Of a DNA stretch of 64,000 bases, positions 37,313 to 46,774 are shown in pieces. The DNA is from a bacterium (GTDB taxonomy: Bacteria > Actinomycetota > Acidimicrobiia > Spongiisociales > JAENVV01). The DNA lies in contig JAHEDI010000007.1 of NCBI GenBank assembly GCA_024641305.1, positions 11,142 through 75,141 of the forward strand, written 5' to 3'. Each line of letters starts with the position of its first letter. The first letter of the stretch is position 1. Both the position numbers and the translations under genes were made by a program. The notes below the pieces were generated by a model that ran no database searches, was not told the origin of the DNA, and was given only the letters and a program-made list of their open reading frames with translations.

Positions 37313-38397
37313 CCACACAAGGAACGGACGAGCGGGGTCGGGTTAACGGCTGACCCACCACCTGGGTGATACTCGAAGTGGAGGTGCGGCACGTTGGCGG
37401 GAGCGTTGCCGGTGGTTCCAACCTCCCCGACCTTGGTACCCGCCGAGACATGCTGACCTTTGGATATTCCCGAAGCGAACGAGTCGAGATGGGCATAATA
37501 GAAATCATCACCAGAGTCGCCCTTGAACCAGATCGTGATGCCACCAATGCCACCATTGCCCATCCGGGATATGGTTCCCGCTTCGATCGCTACGAGAGCG
37601 GTACCTCGGGCCGCAAGCATGTCAACGCCCTTGTGACTGCGACCACCCGACCGCGACGCTCCCCAGGTATCGGAAAAGGCCACCACGCCCTGGACGGGGC
37701 ACGTGCGGCCTGACACGACCACAGGTGGCGGAGCTCCCCTATCGCTGCTATTGCCGCCTCCGGCGGCGATCCGGGCGGCCTCGGCGAGTCGAAGCCGCTC
37801 CTGCTCAGCAGCCAGACGAGCCGCCTCCTGGGCCTGCCATTCGGTGTAGATCTCGTTGTACTGCGACTGAGCAGCTTCGAGCGTCTGGTTCAACTCTTCG
37901 GCGGTCGCCTCCAGCTTGACATTCGCCTCCTTCTGGGAGGCCCGGGCTGCGGCCAGGTCCGCCTCAATCCGGGCGATATCGCGCTCCAAGATTGCCAACT
38001 GATTCAGCAGAGCTTGGTCGTCGTCGCTGGCATCGCGCAGATACGCCAACCCTGCCTCCATGTCTGACAGCGAGCCGGCTCCGGTAAACAGCGGAAGATG
38101 GTTTCCCAGTGCTCCGATGTACATGTCAACAGCCCGTTCGGTGGCCACCACCCGGGTTAGCTCCATCTGACGGTCCAATTCGGCTGCCTGACTTTCTGCC
38201 CCAGCAATCAGCCAATCAAGGTGTTCCGTCTCCTCAAGGGCAGCTTCGTAGGCCGCCGCCAGCGCCTGCACCTCGTCCCGGACCGCAATCAACTCGCCTT
38301 TCGCCTTCTCCAACTCCTCCGGGGTGACCTCTCCGCGCGCTGGCAAGGCCACAACAAGAATCAGGAGGAAGGCCAGTGGGAACAGTCGACGCATCAT
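37309..38397 (-). CDS. M23 family peptidoglycan endopeptidase with coiled coil (EnvC/NlpD-like); start 38397
   Basis: Signal peptide, long coiled coil, HKGVD, YYAHL and PHLHFE motifs. Confidence 0.92.
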   Translation of the reverse strand: MMRRLFPLAFLLILVVALPARGEVTPEELEKAKGELIAVRDEVQALAAAYEAALEETEHLDWLIAGAESQAAELDRQMELTRVVATERAVDMYIGALGNHLPLFTGAGSLSDMEAGLAYLRDASDDDQALLNQLAILERDIARIEADLAAARASQKEANVKLEATAEELNQTLEAAQSQYNEIYTEWQAQEAARLAAEQERLRLAEAARIAAGGGNSSDRGAPPPVVVSGRTCPVQGVVAFSDTWGASRSGGRSHKGVDMLAARGTALVAIEAGTISRMGNGGIGGITIWFKGDSGDDFYYAHLDSFASGISKGQHVSAGTKVGEVGTTGNAPANVPHLHFEYHPGGGSAVNPTPLVRSLCG

Positions 38398-39182
38398 GCG
38401 CGAACCATCTCGACCAGTGACCCCCATAGGTCCGACGCACCAGCTTCGCCGAACGTAATCAGCCCGTCGTCGGTCAGCTTGCGGAGATGGGCTGCTACCG
38501 ACAGTGCCGCGACCCGGTGCAACTCCTCGGGAACATCCTTGTATACCTCGATGACGACGTCTCCGACCGATCCAGCCCCATCCTGCAAGGCGTTCACGAT
38601 CTCTTTTTCTCGCTCCATCCGGTGGGAAATGTAGTAGTCGATTACTTCCTGAGGGTTGTCGATCTCCGGGCCATGGCCGGGCAACAACTTCGAAAGGGAA
38701 ACCGATTGGAGTCGTTCAAGCGACGCCAGGTAGCGGGTCAGGTCTTCGATCATCACGGTCGAGCCACCGATGATGTGATCACCGGTGAACATGGTGGTAC
38801 CAAGCAGCAGGCAAATGTGATCGTCGGCATGGCCGGGGGTGTAAAGAACCTCGAGCGTCTCACCCTCCACTTCGATGTGATCACCCTCCCGGACCAGGTC
38901 GGTCGGGGCGAACTCCGGTCCGGGTGCAAATCCGTAGACCGGGGCATCAACTTCGAGCCCGAGCGGATTGGCCAGCGGGGCGTGATCGGGATGGGTGTGG
39001 GTGACAACGATCGCGGCGGTTCGGCGATCGCCGATCGCCTCGAGAATCCGGTCGCGATGTTCAGGAATGACGGGTCCCGGGTCGATTACCAGGGCGCGTG
39101 TTTCGCCTCCAAGCACATAGGTGTTGGTACCGGCCCCGGTAAACAAACCGGGATTCGGAGCGAGAAGATGGACAATGTTCAT
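38394..39182 (-). CDS. MBL-fold metallo-hydrolase (LACTB2-like)
   Basis: APNPG..GTNTY, THTHPDH, TPGHADDH, FTGDH and PGHG motifs. Confidence 0.92.
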   Translation of the reverse strand: MNIVHLLAPNPGLFTGAGTNTYVLGGETRALVIDPGPVIPEHRDRILEAIGDRRTAAIVVTHTHPDHAPLANPLGLEVDAPVYGFAPGPEFAPTDLVREGDHIEVEGETLEVLYTPGHADDHICLLLGTTMFTGDHIIGGSTVMIEDLTRYLASLERLQSVSLSKLLPGHGPEIDNPQEVIDYYISHRMEREKEIVNALQDGAGSVGDVVIEVYKDVPEELHRVAALSVAAHLRKLTDDGLITFGEAGASDLWGSLVEMVRA

Positions 39183-39808
39183 GCTGGTCCTGCTTGACGA
39201 CGCCTTATATCGGCTTCCTGGTCGATTTCTCCAGCGAATCGACCAAGAATGGCACCCTGTAAAGCGACGTCGACCGTTCCATAGTGGTCCAAATACCGCA
39301 GATGCGCAACCGTCGGCGAGACCATCTGCAGTTCGCCACCCGCCCAGCTTCGCAATGCGCGGGCGGGTTCAAACCAACCGGCACTAATCAGCTCTCGATC
39401 GTCGATGCGCAAAACGCTGCCCGCCGGCGCCACCGCAAGATAGAACCGTGTATCAAAACGGATACCGGACCGTTCGGGCGTCACCCACCTCGACAGGTAC
39501 ACGACATCGTCATATGCGAAATCTTCCACCGACCGTTGCTCGGCCAGCGGTCGGCCGGGATCAACCGGGCTGCCGACCCGGTCGGCCAGGAGCAGTCCAA
39601 CCTCTTCGAAGGTCTCACGAATGGCCGCCGCCTTGAATGGATCGGGAGCCCGCCGATCGGTGTCGTCAACTCCGCCTCCGGGAAACACCGAGGCACCTGG
39701 TACGAACGGCGACCCGTGTGACCGCTTCGCCAAGAGCACCTCGATGCCGGCCCGGCCATCACGAACCACACAGGCGGTGGCAGCCGGTCGAGGAACCGAC
39801 GGGGTCAC
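39179..39808 (-). CDS. NUDIX hydrolase (Nudt19-like)
   Basis: PRPAAT, VFPGG, AAIRETFEEVG and WVTP..RFDTRFY motifs. Confidence 0.88.
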   Translation of the reverse strand: MTPSVPRPAATACVVRDGRAGIEVLLAKRSHGSPFVPGASVFPGGGVDDTDRRAPDPFKAAAIRETFEEVGLLLADRVGSPVDPGRPLAEQRSVEDFAYDDVVYLSRWVTPERSGIRFDTRFYLAVAPAGSVLRIDDRELISAGWFEPARALRSWAGGELQMVSPTVAHLRYLDHYGTVDVALQGAILGRFAGEIDQEADIRRRQAGPA

Positions 39809-40164
39809 CTGGTGGATCTCCGCTGTACATACGTGGTCAATCGATCACGAACCACTCTACGAACCAGCGGGGCCATCAGTGAGAATCCGACCAGGTCAGT
39901 CAAGAGTCCGGGAGTCAACAAAAACGCCCCACCCACCAGAATCAGCGCCCCGTCTGCCAGTTCGCCGGCCGGCAGCTTCCCTTGTTGAAATGCGGCTCCG
40001 ATCGCTCTCCAGGCGTTGGTTCCTTGCCGCTTCACCAGATAGGCACCGATCAAGCCGGTGACCACGACGATTCCGAGGGCTATCTCCCAACCGATGACGC
40101 CGGACAAATAGACCAGCAAGCCCATCTCGAGGGCGGGTATCACGATGAAGAGGACCGGCAGCAT
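39805..40164 (-). CDS. fxsA: FxsA family membrane protein
   Basis: PALE, GAYLVKRQG and GGAFLLTPGLLTD motifs. Confidence 0.9.
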   Translation of the reverse strand: MLPVLFIVIPALEMGLLVYLSGVIGWEIALGIVVVTGLIGAYLVKRQGTNAWRAIGAAFQQGKLPAGELADGALILVGGAFLLTPGLLTDLVGFSLMAPLVRRVVRDRLTTYVQRRSTR

Positions 40165-40197
40165 GCGCCGAAAGCCTAACGGGTACCATTACCAACC

Positions 40198-41535
40198 ATG
40201 ACTCTCCGTGACCTGCCTTCGGTCGATGCGCTCGCCAGACAACTCAACGGAATCCCCCGGGTCGTAGCCACCGAGGTGGCCCGTTCGTCCCTTGAGGAGG
40301 CTCGACGTCTCCTGGTTGACGGCCAGCCCGCCGACGCCAGCGAGATCGCCGCCGCCCACGCCCGAAGGCTCGCCAGGCTCAAATTCCGGTCACTGATCAA
40401 CGCCACCGGCGTGCTGCTCCACACCAACCTTGGCCGGGCCCCGGTGCACCCTGACGCCGTTCGGGCTGCCGCTGAGGCAACTCTGGGGTATGGCAACCTC
40501 GAATTTGACCTCGACCAGGGTGAACGAGGCGGGCGGGGTGCCTATGTGCACGAATTGCTCATGGCTTTGACCGGCGCAGAAGCTGCCCTGGTCGTCAACA
40601 ATAACGCGGCCGCGTTGCTACTGGCCCTGGCCACGCTTGGAACGTCAAAAGGGGTCGTAGTCTCGCGAGGTGAACTGATCGAGATTGGCGGGTCATATCG
40701 GCTCCCCGAACTCATGGCGGCATCCGGCGCAGAGATGATCGAAGTCGGAACCACCAATCGGACCAGAATCGCCGATTATGCGCAAGTGGCACCAGCTGCG
40801 GGCCTGCTTCTGAAAGTCCACCCGTCGAACTACCGGGTGGTCGGCTTTACCGAATCAGCCGCCAGCCAGGAACTCGTCGAACTTTCCCGCCGCAGCGACG
40901 TACCGTATGCCTACGACGTCGGTTCCGGTCTGGTAGATGAGACCAGCCCCTGGATCTCCGGACCTCCCCCAAACTGGCTGGCAGGAGAACCTGGCGTACG
41001 TCAGGAAATCGACCGGGGAACTGGCCTCGTCATGTTCTCCGGAGACAAACTCTTTGGCGGACCGCAGGCCGGGATCATGGTCGGCGAAAGCCACCTCATC
41101 AAACGCATCAAGTCACATCCGATGGCCAGAGCCATGCGCGTGCCAGGACCGACCCTGGCGGCCCTGGCGGTAATCACCGAAATGTACCTGGACGGGCGGG
41201 CCCTCGAGATCCCGTTCTGGAGGATGGCAACTGCCCCATACGAACACCTTGAAATTCGGTTGCAAGCCCTACTCGACGCGGGCATCCCGGGCACGATCAT
41301 CGAAAGCACCTCGTTGTTGGGAGCCGGGTCGGTGCCCGGAATGACCGTGGCATCACCAGCACTCCAGGTCACCGCTCAAGCCGATCGGCTGTGGGACGAG
41401 CTGTTGGCCGCCGAACGCCCACTGATCGGACGGCGGGAGGCAGGGGCCTTCCTCGTCGACCTTCGATCGGTCAACCCCGACGAGGACGCATCGGTGGCCG
41501 CCACGTTGCGGGCTGCTGTCGCCGCATGCCAGTAG
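40198..41535 (+). CDS. selA: L-seryl-tRNA(Sec) selenium transferase
   Basis: LPSVD, INATGVLLHTNLGRA, VNNNAAA, SRGELIEIGG, EVGTTNRT and FSGDKLFGGPQAG motifs. Confidence 0.96.
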   Translation: MTLRDLPSVDALARQLNGIPRVVATEVARSSLEEARRLLVDGQPADASEIAAAHARRLARLKFRSLINATGVLLHTNLGRAPVHPDAVRAAAEATLGYGNLEFDLDQGERGGRGAYVHELLMALTGAEAALVVNNNAAALLLALATLGTSKGVVVSRGELIEIGGSYRLPELMAASGAEMIEVGTTNRTRIADYAQVAPAAGLLLKVHPSNYRVVGFTESAASQELVELSRRSDVPYAYDVGSGLVDETSPWISGPPPNWLAGEPGVRQEIDRGTGLVMFSGDKLFGGPQAGIMVGESHLIKRIKSHPMARAMRVPGPTLAALAVITEMYLDGRALEIPFWRMATAPYEHLEIRLQALLDAGIPGTIIESTSLLGAGSVPGMTVASPALQVTAQADRLWDELLAAERPLIGRREAGAFLVDLRSVNPDEDASVAATLRAAVAACQ

Positions 41536-43319
41536 TCGGTACCGCGGGCCATGTGGATCATGGCAAATCCACACTCATCCAGGCACTGACCGGCCGGGAC
41601 CCCGACCGCCTCGCCGAAGAAAAAACTCGTGGGTTGACGATCGACCTTGGTTTTGCCTGGACTGATCTTGACGGAATCGAGGTGTCATTTGTTGACGTTC
41701 CCGGCCACGAACGGTTCATGAAGAACATGCTGGCCGGCACAGAGGCAATCGACATCGCCATCCTGGTCGTGGCTGCCGACGAGGGCTGGATGCCCCAGAC
41801 GGAAGAACACCTCGCGGTCCTCGACCTCCTCGGGGTTTCCCTCGGCGTCGTCGCCATAACCAAGACCGATCGGGTTGATCCCGAATTGCTCGAACTCGCC
41901 GAACTGGAGATCGAAGAACAGGTGGCAGGCACCGCCTTCGAGACGGCCCGACTCATCGCAGTGTCTGCGATGAACGGCGACGGACTCGACGACCTTCGTA
42001 CCGAGCTGCGGTCGCTCTGCGAACAAGCCGAGACCCGACGGATCCTCAAAGATCCAGCGTTGTGGGTTGATCGCTCCTTCAGCATCGACGGCGCCGGAAC
42101 CGTTGTGACCGGGACGCTTCTGGGCGGTCCTCTATCAGTTGGCCAGACGCTTTCGGCCTGGCCGGGTGGTCACTCGGTTCGGATTCGCACGTTGCACAGC
42201 CATGAGCAGACCCACGAAACGGTTTTCGCCGGTCGGCGCACGGCCGCCAATCTGGTCGGGATAACCAGGGATCAGATCGCCAGAGGGTCGCTCCTTTCCC
42301 CTTCACCGTGGCCGACCAGTTCTTCGTTCAGTGTGGTTATGCGACCTGCTCGATACGCAGATGACGTCGGCGAGCGAGGGGCCTACCACCTCCATATGGG
42401 ATCCGGTTCGTGGCCGGTCGAGCTCCGACCGTTGACCGGCAACGAGGACCCTGACGTTGGAAATCCGATGACGGCGCTGATCAGGTCTGAAATCCCACTT
42501 CCGGTCCGGGTCGGGGAGCGCTTCATCCTGCGCGAAACCGGTCGGCAATCGGTGGTTGCCGGAGGTCGCATCGTCGATCCGGCCGCCCCCCGTCGGGCGG
42601 CAGAAGCTCGCCAGGCGCTTCGTCAACTAGAAGGAATCCTTGAAGCCGATCAGAACGATGCCGCCACCCAACTTCTTGACGCCCGCGGCATCTGCACCGT
42701 CCATGAACTCGCCGGTTGGACGGGCGGCGGGTACCCCCGCACCGGTCTCACACGCGGCGATGTGGCCATTTCCGTCGGGCGGGTAGCCGAATTGCTGACC
42801 TCGGCGGTGCACGATGTTGCCGCTTTCCATCACGAACACCCATTACGAGAGGGGATGCCGGTCGCCAGTCTGGCAAGTCGCCTCAACCTTGACATCGACA
42901 CCACCCGAGCACTCCTTGCCATGGACGACCGGGTGCGCGACGACGGACCGACCACCGCCCTGATTACGTTCAACGCCGGTCTGACGGACACTCAGGAATC
43001 GCAACTCATAACGGTCATCGGTCAACTGACAACCGCCGGATTTAACGTGCCAAGGCTCGACGAACTCAACCTCGACCGCGAACTGCTCCACATAGCGCTC
43101 CGGGAAGGCAGGCTGGTCCGAGTCTCAGATGATCTGGTGTTCCTCCCCGACCAAATCGAGGCCATCGGGAGCCGGCTACGAGAATTGCCCACCCCGTTCG
43201 GGGTGGGCAATTTCAAGGATGTCATTGGAGTATCGCGCAAGTACGCAGTGCCACTGCTCGAGTACTTCGACGCGCTTGGAGTTACCCAACGCGTCGGGAA
43301 CGATCGGATCCTGCGCTAG
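41526..43319 (+). CDS. selB: Selenocysteine-specific elongation factor; start corrected to ATG 41526
   Basis: GTAGHVDHGKS, RGLTIDLGF, DVPGHERF and TKTD motifs; C-terminal SRKYAVPLLEYFD..R winged helix. Confidence 0.96.
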   Translation: MPVVGTAGHVDHGKSTLIQALTGRDPDRLAEEKTRGLTIDLGFAWTDLDGIEVSFVDVPGHERFMKNMLAGTEAIDIAILVVAADEGWMPQTEEHLAVLDLLGVSLGVVAITKTDRVDPELLELAELEIEEQVAGTAFETARLIAVSAMNGDGLDDLRTELRSLCEQAETRRILKDPALWVDRSFSIDGAGTVVTGTLLGGPLSVGQTLSAWPGGHSVRIRTLHSHEQTHETVFAGRRTAANLVGITRDQIARGSLLSPSPWPTSSSFSVVMRPARYADDVGERGAYHLHMGSGSWPVELRPLTGNEDPDVGNPMTALIRSEIPLPVRVGERFILRETGRQSVVAGGRIVDPAAPRRAAEARQALRQLEGILEADQNDAATQLLDARGICTVHELAGWTGGGYPRTGLTRGDVAISVGRVAELLTSAVHDVAAFHHEHPLREGMPVASLASRLNLDIDTTRALLAMDDRVRDDGPTTALITFNAGLTDTQESQLITVIGQLTTAGFNVPRLDELNLDRELLHIALREGRLVRVSDDLVFLPDQIEAIGSRLRELPTPFGVGNFKDVIGVSRKYAVPLLEYFDALGVTQRVGNDRILR

Positions 43320-43561
43320 CTGGCTCGCACCCGGCGGTCGACCTCGGTCGTCCCACCCCAGATGCCGTACGGTTCGCGAATCTCCAGTGCATAGGAGACA
43401 CAGTCACCCTGAACCGGGCATACATCGCAAATGGCCTTGGCCCGCGACTCGCGACGCTCGCGCTCATCCTTCTTTTCGAACGTGCTCGGAGGGAAGAACA
43501 GGTGTGAATGGTTACCCCGGCAAAGCCCTTGAATCTGCCAGTCGCCGATGGCCAAACTCAC
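43316..43561 (-). CDS. WhiB family Fe-S transcription factor (WhiB3/WhiD-like)
   Basis: Four Cys (C..AKAICDVCPVQGDC) and YGIWGG; strong SD GAGGAGG. Confidence 0.92.
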   Translation of the reverse strand: MSLAIGDWQIQGLCRGNHSHLFFPPSTFEKKDERERRESRAKAICDVCPVQGDCVSYALEIREPYGIWGGTTEVDRRVRAS

Positions 43562-43644
43562 AATCACTCCTCCTCAGGATCGCCTTGGTACCTTCGGGAA
43601 ACTACCACCCACCCTGCCGGGCCGCCAGGAAAATTTTAGGAGGC

Positions 43645-44886
43645 TTAGGGTTGTTTTTCGCGATCTGGAGACTCGACCTCAAGGAACAAGCCCTGGACTG
43701 AGGCAACCACCACGGGAGATCCCTGCGAGATACCGGCTTCACGATGGGAGGTCGCCCGCCAGCGTGCTCCCTCAATTTCGACCAGCCCTTCGCCAGTGAC
43801 ATCCGTCAGAGCAACCCCCACCGCACCGATGAGATGGTCACGACCCATCGTTTGTGTCGTGAACCGGGAGCGCGCCACCGTCGACATGGCGAACATGTAG
43901 AAGAGCGCCACCCCGAGCGTTGTCACGACAACCGCACCTACGCTCGGAGGCATGTCGGGATACGTCCCGGCAATAAACAGGCCTCCCAGGGCAAGGAGCA
44001 CCGTCCCGATGTATGACAGAACACTGAAACCGCCCCGCTGATAGTCAACCGTCAGCAGCCACATGGCGAACAGGGTTACCGGCAAACCCCACCCGAACCG
44101 CATGGCGGACAGCCCGTAACCCGCCAGAAGAATCGGAACAACAGCCGTGGCCGCCGCCAGACCAGGTCCAATCGCGTAGAACTCGAAGGCTGCGAACGCC
44201 AATCCGACCACAAGAAAGAAGAAAGCCGCCTCCGGTGTTATGGCGAGACGCATGGTTCGGGCCCACACGCCAAGTTCGTTGAATCGGACTTGCTTGGTGA
44301 CCTGCGACCGTACCTGACCGTCGTCCTCGGCCACCTGCTCGGCGGTATGCAAGGTCACCGTCCGATCAGCGAGTTCAATCGTCTTGCCGTCAAGCGAAAC
44401 GATGAGCGGGCCAAGCGCCGCCTGAATATCGTCAATGGCGCCCGGGATCGGTTCGGTCACGGTAACCAGGACATCACCGTCAGAAGCAGCGGCAGACTCG
44501 CCAATAATCGTTCGGAACCGGCGCCCGATCTCCACTCCCGGTGCGGCGATCGTGATTTGCGCAGCTTCGGCGAGTCGGAGACTGGCTCCCTGGGCCGTGG
44601 CTGGTGCGTCGCCGATCCACGCCACAACCGGCAACGGCGGGTTTCGGACGAGGGCAATAAGTTCTTCCACCTCTGCGGTCAAGGACCCTGGAGAATCGAT
44701 CTTGAGGATCACAAACTCCGAGTCGCCCGCTGCTGCACGTTCGATCGAATCCGTTACGAACCGAACCAAAAACTGATCAACCGGGCCCTGCACCTCGACG
44801 ACATCTATTACCCCGTCAGAAGTTTGTGCAAAGGCCGGTACGGCCAGAGTGCCAAGCAGAAATACGAGGACCAGAATACGTCGCAT
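43645..44886 (-). CDS. NfeD family membrane protein (long form, divergent protease domain)
   Basis: IDSPG, PVVAWI, TM block and C-terminal OB fold GLVEIEGARWRA; TATCAT box 8 nt before ATG 44886. Confidence 0.85.
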   Translation of the reverse strand: MRRILVLVFLLGTLAVPAFAQTSDGVIDVVEVQGPVDQFLVRFVTDSIERAAAGDSEFVILKIDSPGSLTAEVEELIALVRNPPLPVVAWIGDAPATAQGASLRLAEAAQITIAAPGVEIGRRFRTIIGESAAASDGDVLVTVTEPIPGAIDDIQAALGPLIVSLDGKTIELADRTVTLHTAEQVAEDDGQVRSQVTKQVRFNELGVWARTMRLAITPEAAFFFLVVGLAFAAFEFYAIGPGLAAATAVVPILLAGYGLSAMRFGWGLPVTLFAMWLLTVDYQRGGFSVLSYIGTVLLALGGLFIAGTYPDMPPSVGAVVVTTLGVALFYMFAMSTVARSRFTTQTMGRDHLIGAVGVALTDVTGEGLVEIEGARWRATSHREAGISQGSPVVVASVQGLFLEVESPDREKQP

Positions 44887-44946
44887 GAACCTGGATGATA
44901 GGAGGCGCGTCATCGGCCTCAGTCGACGGCACTACAGTGAGTCATC

Positions 44947-45300
44947 ATGGAATCAATCCTCCTGGTAACCGACAGCAACTGGGTCCGCAACGACGTCGAA
45001 GCGGCGATCCTCGACCAAACTACATCCATTACCCATGTCGAAGACCCACGGACGGTCATCGCCGTCGCCGGGGAATCTCCACCGACGTTCTATATCGTTG
45101 ACATGCAGGTCGGATCGATGGGGGGAATGGCCATCACCAGGGCGATCAAGTCCGCGGCGAACAACGGCGACATCGAAGACCGCCCGGTGGTTTTGCTTCT
45201 TGACCGTTCGGCCGATGAGTTCATCGCCAAACGCGCCGGGGCAGATCGGTGGGTCGTGAAGCCGTTCACTGCCCAGGCTCTTCGCGCTGCCTTGGGCTGA
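44947..45300 (+). CDS. Single-domain response regulator
   Basis: ILLVTD, IVDMQ and GAD..VKPF receiver pattern. Confidence 0.85.
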   Translation: MESILLVTDSNWVRNDVEAAILDQTTSITHVEDPRTVIAVAGESPPTFYIVDMQVGSMGGMAITRAIKSAANNGDIEDRPVVLLLDRSADEFIAKRAGADRWVVKPFTAQALRAALG

Positions 45301-45305
45301 TAGTT

Positions 45306-46565
45306 GTGAGCCTCGCTGCCCTCTGGATCGTTCTAGCGCTCTGCCTCATCGCCTCGGGGTTTTTGTCAGGATCCGAAACGGCCGTGACCGCCATACCTCG
45401 CGAGCGGGTGGTGCGTCTGGAAGGCCATCGAGGAGAACGCCTCGCTCGCCTGGCAACCCACCCGGAACGGACCATTGGGACGATCCTGATCGCCAACAAC
45501 TTCGTCAACATCCTGGCGGCGTCGATCGCCACGATTCTGGCCGTCGACCTGACAGACGAGACGATCGGCCCGGTAATTGCCACGTTCCTCCTTACCGCCG
45601 TGGTGCTGGTGGTGGGTGAAATCACGCCCAAAACGCTAGCGTCGCGATACCCCGAAGAATACGGACTGGCCGTCGCTACCGGTTTGACCGCCGTTGCCAC
45701 GATGCTCAATCCGATTTCGCGGGTGTTCCGGTTCGTCTCGAATCGACTGCTCCGAATCTTCGGAGTCTCCGACGACCCGGACCGCTCCGTGACGGAAGAA
45801 GATGTCAAGGCTCTCACCGCCCTCGGTGAACAGGCCGGAGAGATCGATCAGGTCGAGCGAGAAATCATCGAAGCTTTGTTCGCGGCTACCGACCGGCGGG
45901 TGCGCGAAGTGATGACGCCGCGAGTCGATATCGAAACCATCGATGCTCCAATCGATGAGGCCAAAATTCGAGCCGCTGTCTCCGGCACCGCTCACTCTCG
46001 ATATCCCGTCGTCGCTCCCGGTCGAGGCCTCGACGAACTGGTCGGAATCTTGTACGTAAAGGATCTGCTTCGAATGCCTGGCGCCATCACCCCCGAAGCG
46101 GCCGCCCGTCTCATCCGCGAGCCGTTGTATGTGCCGGAAAGTGCTCCACTCATGACCGTACTCCACGAATTTCGCGACCGGCGCATCGGATATGCCATGG
46201 TGCTGGACGAACATGGCGGTGTCGAGGGAATGATCACTGCCAAAGACCTCATCGCCGAACTGATCGGCGATTTCCAGGACGAGTACGACCCTGGTGTACC
46301 GAAGGCCGCCCCAACCGGGGCCGGTACCTGGACCGCCGACGGGTCGATGACGGTCGAAGAGTTGAGCACCGAGATCGACTACCCCCTCCCCGAGGGGCCA
46401 TACACGACCGTGGGCGGTCTGGTCATGTACCTGAGAGGCGACATCCCGACCGAAGGCGACATCGTAGACATCGACAGGGTTCGACTGCGGGTTGCCATCA
46501 TGGACCGTAACCGTATTGGCCGGGTTTCGGTTTCCATATTGCCGGCGGGCCGCGCCGAAAACTAA
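45306..46565 (+). CDS. CNNM/hemolysin-family CBS-domain protein (CorC/TlyC-like)
   Basis: SGSETA, ILIANNFVN, GEITPK, EVMTPR, HSRYPV, DEHGG and YTTVGG motifs. Confidence 0.92.
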   Translation: MSLAALWIVLALCLIASGFLSGSETAVTAIPRERVVRLEGHRGERLARLATHPERTIGTILIANNFVNILAASIATILAVDLTDETIGPVIATFLLTAVVLVVGEITPKTLASRYPEEYGLAVATGLTAVATMLNPISRVFRFVSNRLLRIFGVSDDPDRSVTEEDVKALTALGEQAGEIDQVEREIIEALFAATDRRVREVMTPRVDIETIDAPIDEAKIRAAVSGTAHSRYPVVAPGRGLDELVGILYVKDLLRMPGAITPEAAARLIREPLYVPESAPLMTVLHEFRDRRIGYAMVLDEHGGVEGMITAKDLIAELIGDFQDEYDPGVPKAAPTGAGTWTADGSMTVEELSTEIDYPLPEGPYTTVGGLVMYLRGDIPTEGDIVDIDRVRLRVAIMDRNRIGRVSVSILPAGRAEN

Positions 46566-46585
46566 GGCGCTAACATCCACCGCAA

Positions 46586-46662
46586 CGGGACGTGGCGCAG
46601 CTTGGTAGCGCGCGTCGTTCGGGACGACGAGGTCGCCGGTTCAAATCCGGCCGTCCCGACCA
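46586..46662 (+). tRNA. tRNA-Pro(CGG)
   Basis: Cloverleaf CGGGACG..CGTCCCG; anticodon arm CGTCG-TTCGGGA-CGACG; GGTTCAAATCC T-arm; encoded CCA; TAACAT box upstream. Confidence 0.97.
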
Positions 46663-46699
46663 GTTCTCTCTTCACGAGAGTACGAGTCGGAACCACCGT

Positions 46700-46737
46700 A
46701 CTTGAGGGCTCTTCATCCGAGGGGCCCCCAAGTGTTT
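46700..46737 (+). terminator. Probable terminator after tRNA-Pro
   Basis: ACTTG.GGGCTCTTC-ATCC-GAGGGGCCC.CAAGT followed by GTTT. Confidence 0.55.
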
Positions 46738-46764
46738 AAAGGGAACCAGTCAGGGCGCCGATGA
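46737..46764 (+). promoter_or_regulatory. Sigma28/WhiG-type promoter
   Basis: TAAA-N16-GCCGATGA, 10 nt before ATG 46775. Confidence 0.6.
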
Positions 46765-46774
46765 TTTGATAACC

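Noticed and set aside
37137-37369. Small ORFs (69 aa) over the 37.1-kb gap
   Set aside because: No SD or protein-like features and they run antisense into the M23 gene; extensive base pairing explains the region better.
45636-46580. 314-aa antisense ORF and similar long shadow ORFs (18757..19614, 47723..48556, 53460..54299)
   Set aside because: Expected antisense frames in high-GC coding DNA, with no recognisable motifs.
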